64,000 nucleotides of DNA, from the IMG/VR virus record IMGVR_UViG_3300028805_000081, positions 1-64,000 of that record; one strand, given 5' to 3'. Numbering within the stretch: position 1 is the stretch's first letter; the number at the start of each line of letters is the position of its first letter. This stretch comes from a virus (lineage: Duplodnaviria; Caudoviricetes). This document shows positions 58,594 through 64,000 of this stretch, piece by piece. The position numbers were made by a program, and so were the translations under genes. The notes beneath the pieces were generated by a model. That model did not search any database, was not told where the DNA came from, and saw nothing but the letters and a program-made list of their open reading frames with translations.

Positions 58594-59168
58594 CATATGA
58601 TTCAATCCGGGACAAGATCGTTTTAATCCCACGTAAAGTTGACATTAACAGTGTAGAAGTTATCGGAGATTATCTGTGGGATCAGCCGATAAAAAATGCA
58701 GACTTTGTTTTCCTGTACGGTTATATTGATACCGAAGGTGAGATCCAGCCGATAGAAAAAGATCAGGTAAAACAGTGGGGATGCCAGCCTACATATGAGT
58801 ATGCTTTAAAAAACACGGAAAAATTGTTCCCGTCTAAGTATTTTGCTGAGTTAGACAGGGAAATCAAGATAGAAAACTGTCATTCAGATATTGTAGCTGT
58901 GTCAAATTCTAAAAGCAGACTCGGAGCTGTGTCTATCTTTTATCCGGGAAATGCTGATAAGGTTGCTAAGAATTTTGGCGGTGACTTCTATTTCTGTTTC
59001 ATATCCTTGGATGACTGTATGTGTCATAAGATTGGGACGATTGAACCGGAGAAGATTAAAGAGTTTGTTACGACTACAAACAGCATATATAATGATAGTT
59101 ACGGACTCAGCAATAAGGTTTACAAGTACAATTTCTTGGAAAAATCATTTGAAATGATTGATATTTAA
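58590..59168 (+). CDS. DUF5688-like protein (second copy)
   Basis: YDSIRDKI...W...ALKNTEKL...GAVSIFYPG...GDFYFCF...IEPEKIK...SNKVY.Y aligns with 49909..50946. Confidence 0.65.
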   Translation: MTYDSIRDKIVLIPRKVDINSVEVIGDYLWDQPIKNADFVFLYGYIDTEGEIQPIEKDQVKQWGCQPTYEYALKNTEKLFPSKYFAELDREIKIENCHSDIVAVSNSKSRLGAVSIFYPGNADKVAKNFGGDFYFCFISLDDCMCHKIGTIEPEKIKEFVTTTNSIYNDSYGLSNKVYKYNFLEKSFEMIDI

Positions 59169-59301
59169 TAGTGATTGTATACAATTATGATATAGGTGAT
59201 TTAGTTATAATATACAAATATTAAATATTAAAGTTCTAAAATAACATTAACACTTTAAAATATATCAAAAATCGTGTATAATAAAGAATAGAGGGTTTGA
59301 A

Positions 59302-59928
59302 ATGAACGCTGCTACAAATACATATGTATGTAAGTATACTAAAAAAAGGGGAAAATTTAGAACAATGATAATAAACCAGTATTATCTTGGCTTGATGTGG
59401 TGTATAGGCAGCTTGGCAAAAGACAAGTCGATATATGTACTTCAGAGTTTCGAGCCGGATAAGATTTATTACATGAACCAGCTTAGGAACATCACATTGG
59501 CTGATGTGAATACTCGCACACGTAAATACCGGGGCGATGACAGAGAAATCAAGATCCTTCGCTTCACAGATGGTGTATATGCCGAACGTCTGAGAGAGTT
59601 AGGGTATGATGATCCTGATGTCGAATATCCGGATGTTAAAAACATTGAATTTATCTGTGCTGTACTGGAGTGCAGAATTAAAGTCGCTAATACTAACAGC
59701 AAGACCATACTGTTTAACGCAAGTGTCGCAAATGTAGAACAGTGGAACAGGCTTGTCGGTACATATCTGACAGCTTCTAAGCCACCTGTCGTACATTACA
59801 GGGACAGAGATGATTATAGGATTTGCTACACAAGAGAAGAAATGTATGCATGTGCAAAAATCATGGTTCTTCAGGAGTGTAGTAATAAGGATTTTTGGAA
59901 TGGAATTATAGAACTTTGTGAAAAATAA
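59302..59928 (+). CDS. degenerate LAGLIDADG-like protein
   Basis: YYLGLMWCIG helix...LRELG...YP...FICAVLE; first catalytic Asp absent. Confidence 0.5.
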   Translation: MNAATNTYVCKYTKKRGKFRTMIINQYYLGLMWCIGSLAKDKSIYVLQSFEPDKIYYMNQLRNITLADVNTRTRKYRGDDREIKILRFTDGVYAERLRELGYDDPDVEYPDVKNIEFICAVLECRIKVANTNSKTILFNASVANVEQWNRLVGTYLTASKPPVVHYRDRDDYRICYTREEMYACAKIMVLQECSNKDFWNGIIELCEK

Positions 59929-59939
59929 GTTCTGAATCA

Positions 59940-60518
59940 ATGAGGGTACAAGGAAAGATGGAAATAATTAATGACTATAAACTTGGCATTATGTGGGCAA
60001 CAGGTACACTTGCCAAAGGGACTGATCGTTATGTGTTACAAACGAGCAATAAAGATAAACTATACTTTTTGGAAAAATTATCTGAGATTAACCAATCCGA
60101 AATAGTAGAAAAAGAACGCATCGTCCGAGGTCAAAAACAACCTTTATGGATGGTGCGTTTTTCTGACGGTTTATATTCTGCCCGGCTGAGAGAGCTGGGA
60201 TATGATGATCCGAATATTGAATATCCTGATTATAAAAATCAAGACTTTGTAGCAGCGATACTTGAATTGAAGCTTAATCCGATTGTTACTCGCAATAACA
60301 ACCTTTACTTCCGGGTACACTGTACAAAGCCTGATCAATGGATGCACTTCACAAAGAGATACTTGCCTGAGAAACCGATAAATCTTTGTTTGGAAAACAC
60401 TTATAGAATTACATATACTCGCTCCGAGATCTATATTCTTGCTACAATTATGCATAACATAAGCAAGAATAAAAAGCTGTGGAGTTCATACATTACCATG
60501 TGCAACCCATACAAATAG
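59940..60518 (+). CDS. degenerate LAGLIDADG-like protein (tandem paralog)
   Basis: YKLGIMWATG...RLRELGYDDP...EYPD...FVAAILE. Confidence 0.5.
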   Translation: MRVQGKMEIINDYKLGIMWATGTLAKGTDRYVLQTSNKDKLYFLEKLSEINQSEIVEKERIVRGQKQPLWMVRFSDGLYSARLRELGYDDPNIEYPDYKNQDFVAAILELKLNPIVTRNNNLYFRVHCTKPDQWMHFTKRYLPEKPINLCLENTYRITYTRSEIYILATIMHNISKNKKLWSSYITMCNPYK

Positions 60519-60556
60519 TTTATCATAAATTTGTATGCAAGTCAAGTCCTAAACCG

Positions 60557-60585
60557 TTGACATTGGTAACTGATAAGAGTATAAT
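60557..60585 (+). promoter_or_regulatory. sigma-A-type promoter of the recombinase gene
   Basis: TTGACA-17-TATAAT. Confidence 0.75.
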
Positions 60586-60626
60586 AATATCATGGGTAAC
60601 AATTTCGTCAACACTTTGAGGAGGAT

Positions 60627-61484
60627 TTGACTATGAATACAAATGTTTTAACTGCTGCAAATTATTATGATGTATCGAATCTGAATGAACCTACGATAAA
60701 GGTTATCAGTAGAAATCCGCATATCAAGAAGTTTCAGGCTCATACGTCAGAAATCCAGTCACGTTCTGCTGATGCCGTTCGTGATCGTGAAATCATTAAC
60801 AAGGCAGTAGAGGACTTCATGATGAATAAGGCTTATTATAAGGCACTTTACATCATCATGTCATCAAACTGCGGTCTGAGATATTCAGATCTTGTAACGT
60901 TGCGAGTATGTGATGTTCTACTTCCTAATGGAGAAATCACTGATGGTTTCTGTTTGGAAGAATCAAAAACAAGTGCGCTTCGTTCGGTTTACTTCAATAA
61001 AGCAATGAAGTCCGTTCTGAAGTTTATTATAAATTTTAAAGATCTTTCAGCCGAGTCATATCTTTTCCTCACCGATGGCAACAGAAAATCCTACTTCAAA
61101 GAGTGGGTTTACGATGACGATGGAAATATTGTTGATGTTGTCAAGACCGGGGAAAAGTATGATGCAAATGGCAAGGAAAGGCAGTATGCTCCGGTTTCAT
61201 GCAAACAGGCTTCACGCTGGTGGTCAGAGTTACATGATTTTGGTGCAGACGGCAAGCTTTCCTCTCATAGTGCGAGGAACACATTCAGGTACTTCATCAG
61301 TACCAGCGGTGTGTCTGACGAAGGTGACATTGCGTTAGCTTCACAGTGTATGGCTCACTCATCTGTGGCTATTACTGCAAAGCATTACGCTAATATCACT
61401 GAGTCTATGAAGAAAAGAGCTGCCGATACTTTAAATCTCGGTCTTGAGGCACTTGAAAGATCGTTAAGTAGTATGTTAATTTAA
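60627..61484 (+). CDS. tyrosine recombinase/integrase
   Basis: Full R-K-H-x-x-R-H-Y set: GLRYSD, ESKT, HSARNTF, MAHSS, AKHY. Confidence 0.9.
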   Translation: MTMNTNVLTAANYYDVSNLNEPTIKVISRNPHIKKFQAHTSEIQSRSADAVRDREIINKAVEDFMMNKAYYKALYIIMSSNCGLRYSDLVTLRVCDVLLPNGEITDGFCLEESKTSALRSVYFNKAMKSVLKFIINFKDLSAESYLFLTDGNRKSYFKEWVYDDDGNIVDVVKTGEKYDANGKERQYAPVSCKQASRWWSELHDFGADGKLSSHSARNTFRYFISTSGVSDEGDIALASQCMAHSSVAITAKHYANITESMKKRAADTLNLGLEALERSLSSMLI

Positions 61485-61553
61485 GAAAGGGTGGTCGGAA
61501 AAATCATTTATTAAGGGTGAATTGTTGATGTACAGTAAAAAAGTTCTACAATT

Positions 61554-62243
61554 TTGTTGATAAAGGGAGTGTTACGGTTGATAATTAGGAATTTTGCTGA
61601 AGTAAAGAAACACCTCGCAGATATTATCGTTGGTTTTGAACGTCAGCTTAACGACTATCAGACTGACGTGTACGGTTATCTTAATGATGACGGTACGATC
61701 AGACTTGAAACGTTCATTAATGTTGGCGGTAACTCTTGGAAAAATGATGATCATATCTTGGTGTATTCAGATTATGAACACACTGATGACATGATGTCTA
61801 ATCTTTCCAATGGTTGTGACGGGGGCAGCTGGACTTGGCTTATTGATGAGCTGGAGTCCCTTTACAACAAATCAGGAATTGCAGACGAGATAATTAATGC
61901 ATACAGAAACACCTCTGATTACTCCGGGGATAGTGTCGTTTGTATTGAAGATCTTGACGTAACTGATGTAGAACGCTATTTGGTTGAACATTTTCTGCCT
62001 GAGATAACTGATTATTATCAGAATGTCTTTGTGCAGAAAAATGTTATTATCGTCGATATTGTTGACGATGCTTTAAAGGAGATCGAGAAGAACTTTTGTT
62101 ATGTTGTTCTTCGGGGGAAGAAACTTGTCGGTGATGCGGAAAATTATGATAACGCATGTAAACTGGCAGAAGAATTTCCGGGCAGTACAATAGCTGTTTG
62201 GAAAAATATAGCGATTATGTCAGCGAGGGTTGCAGCCATGTAG
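61554..62243 (+). CDS. acidic protein; paralog of 57168..57818
   Basis: Shared motifs as above. Confidence 0.7.
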   Translation: MLIKGVLRLIIRNFAEVKKHLADIIVGFERQLNDYQTDVYGYLNDDGTIRLETFINVGGNSWKNDDHILVYSDYEHTDDMMSNLSNGCDGGSWTWLIDELESLYNKSGIADEIINAYRNTSDYSGDSVVCIEDLDVTDVERYLVEHFLPEITDYYQNVFVQKNVIIVDIVDDALKEIEKNFCYVVLRGKKLVGDAENYDNACKLAEEFPGSTIAVWKNIAIMSARVAAM

Positions 62244-62278
62244 CTCTTGCTTTTAAGGAAGAAAGGGGAAAAAATTAA

Positions 62279-62485
62279 ATGAAAAATTTTGAAGAAGTCA
62301 TCGAAGTAGCTGAAGCCATAGGCGTCCAGGAAGTAATTAATGAATTTGTGAGTCGTGGGGTTATCAAGGTAGATCCGGACTCAGACGATGACGAAATTTT
62401 CCAGTGTTTAATCGCTGAACATTGGGATGAATTAGAGGAGTATACAAATTCCATTAGAAAAACTGTTACTACTCTACGTGATTAG
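62279..62485 (+). CDS. small acidic hypothetical protein
   Basis: 68-aa ORF with AAGGGG RBS. Confidence 0.55.
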   Translation: MKNFEEVIEVAEAIGVQEVINEFVSRGVIKVDPDSDDDEIFQCLIAEHWDELEEYTNSIRKTVTTLRD

Positions 62486-62537
62486 GCGATTAGGAAGTCA
62501 AATCCTTGACGTTTTAAACAAAAATGAAGAAAACCTA

Positions 62538-62594
62538 TTGCAAAATAGACTGAGTTATATTATAATTAAGATAGTTATAGTGAACATAGTTCTA
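62538..62594 (+). promoter_or_regulatory. promoter plus operator-like 15-mer upstream of the degenerate recombinase
   Basis: TTGCAA-17-TATAAT; GTGAACATAGTTCTA at 62580-62594. Confidence 0.7.
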
Positions 62595-62651
62595 TGAAGC
62601 AATAGGAAAACTTCATGTGAACTTTTAAACCACTATGAGAGGAGTTAAATT

Positions 62652-63686
62652 ATGAAAAGTAAGTTATTTGACAAAGCTTTTGATACGTATGTCTTAACAC
62701 TCTCTGCGGTTAATCAAAAACGTATACCAAGATTACGGAAAAGCGTTGAGATGTTTGAGAGTCAAGGATATGATCTTTCTAAAATGACAAGATCGGAAGC
62801 AAAAGAATTATCCAGCATAATATGTGACGGACTGTCTTATACGTCTGCGGTTTCATATTGTGCAGTTCTTAACCGATTTCTTAAAGACGTAGAGGATCAA
62901 ACAGGCAAACAATACGAAAAGGTTTATGCAACGAGAAGTGTAGTAAACTGTCCAACATATGCTTCAGAAGATCAATTTCTTGATGAAGTTGAAAATCAAA
63001 TTGAAGCATTTACATCTGAGATGCAACGTGACAGAAATTTGAATGAGGAATTTACTCAGGAATACAGAAATGGTTTGAATTACATCGCTGTGTATTTAAT
63101 TCTTAGATTTTATGGAATTACAGCTGATGAATGTGTGAACATTAAAATGGAAGATGTATCTGAAGAAAATCAAATCATTATTCTAAACAGAAACGGTAGA
63201 CCGGTACTAAAGAAGTTTAATGATCGAGCGTGGAAACACATTTTAGATCTGAAAAATCAAACTTATGTAGTACATTTTTGGGCGCACATTATTAGAAATC
63301 CGCTGCCGAATACAGGTTATCTATTTAGGAATAATCGAGCAAAGAATAAAGCGGATTACAATGAGAAAAAGCCTATCAGTAAGATTCTGCTATCGTCTGC
63401 ACAATACCGATTAACTAAAGGAAGTAATATAAAAAAGAATTTATCTTTATCAGGAGCTTTTATTTCGTTCCCGAAAAGAATTAGTGATGCTAATGACTTA
63501 TTAGACTATGTACATGATTATATCGGAGATGAACCAATATCTGATGCATCTATTAAAAAGAACTGGTTGTTGTTTTTGGATTATGAAAACGAAATGATTA
63601 AGCAAGCCGAAGCGAAGAAAACGGCTCAGACTAAGAAGAAGCCGGGAAGAAAGAGAGCTGGTAATGCAATAGCAACTACTAATTAA
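62652..63686 (+). CDS. catalytically degenerate tyrosine-recombinase-fold protein (candidate master repressor, SPbeta YopR/MrpR-like)
   Basis: SAM-like N-terminus (SYCAVLNRFL); box I LILRFYGITADECVNIKMEDV lacks the catalytic Arg; GYLFR; no HxxR. Confidence 0.55.
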   Translation: MKSKLFDKAFDTYVLTLSAVNQKRIPRLRKSVEMFESQGYDLSKMTRSEAKELSSIICDGLSYTSAVSYCAVLNRFLKDVEDQTGKQYEKVYATRSVVNCPTYASEDQFLDEVENQIEAFTSEMQRDRNLNEEFTQEYRNGLNYIAVYLILRFYGITADECVNIKMEDVSEENQIIILNRNGRPVLKKFNDRAWKHILDLKNQTYVVHFWAHIIRNPLPNTGYLFRNNRAKNKADYNEKKPISKILLSSAQYRLTKGSNIKKNLSLSGAFISFPKRISDANDLLDYVHDYIGDEPISDASIKKNWLLFLDYENEMIKQAEAKKTAQTKKKPGRKRAGNAIATTN

Positions 63687-64000
63687 TATTTAAAAATATA
63701 ATTAAAGTGTTTTAAAAGAATTACAAAGGATGTTTTAAAATTTATAAAAGAATTTAATTAAAAAGTAAGTATATCAAAATGTATAGTAAGAGGGTATTAT
63801 AATGAAAAATGAACGATTAACAAACAAGCTGCTTTTAATGCAATGTAATAGGGATATAATGTGGAAAATAGGGTGAAGTGTACTTCTGTATACGGATAAT
63901 TTTGAAAACAATCCGGGATGATTCCCGTTAGCGAATATCTTTTATATAAAAAAATGAAGATCTGACCAGTGATTTTAGATTGCTGGTCATTTCTATTTAA

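Overview
This is a 64-kb slice of a large, AT-rich, probably temperate siphovirus (or phage-plasmid) of a Bacillota host, likely Clostridia. Its gene order resembles Bacillus phage SPbeta. On the minus strand, reading from about 42 kb down to 1, come a YonV-like SF2 helicase, small genes, a ThyX-like protein, a YonO-like single-subunit RNA polymerase, tRNA-Met(CAT), ClpP, a beta-CASP nuclease, a phosphoesterase, HU, terminase, portal, prohead/scaffold protein, capsid, neck, major tail, RecU, tape measure, Dit, Tal and duplicated tail-tip cassettes. Three group I introns can be delimited to the base. Two lie in the tape measure gene and leave a 147-nt micro-exon; one of them carries a Zn-finger/Vsr-like endonuclease. 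The third is ORF-less and splits the RNA polymerase catalytic motif, which reads DKD|SD after splicing. The 42-64 kb part is regulatory/early. It holds a GIY-YIG gene, a candidate structured sRNA, a ~2.3-kb repeat-rich non-coding region with a G/C skew switch, a promoter-rich early cluster, a CCGG-dense island, a Rep-like gene followed by iteron-like repeats, two degenerate LAGLIDADG-like proteins, an intact tyrosine recombinase and a catalytically degenerate one. About ten copies of a 15-bp intergenic motif (GTRAACAWWNWTCTA), most of them at sigma-A-type promoters, suggest a master-repressor regulon. All protein calls are by motif recognition only; no database searches were run.
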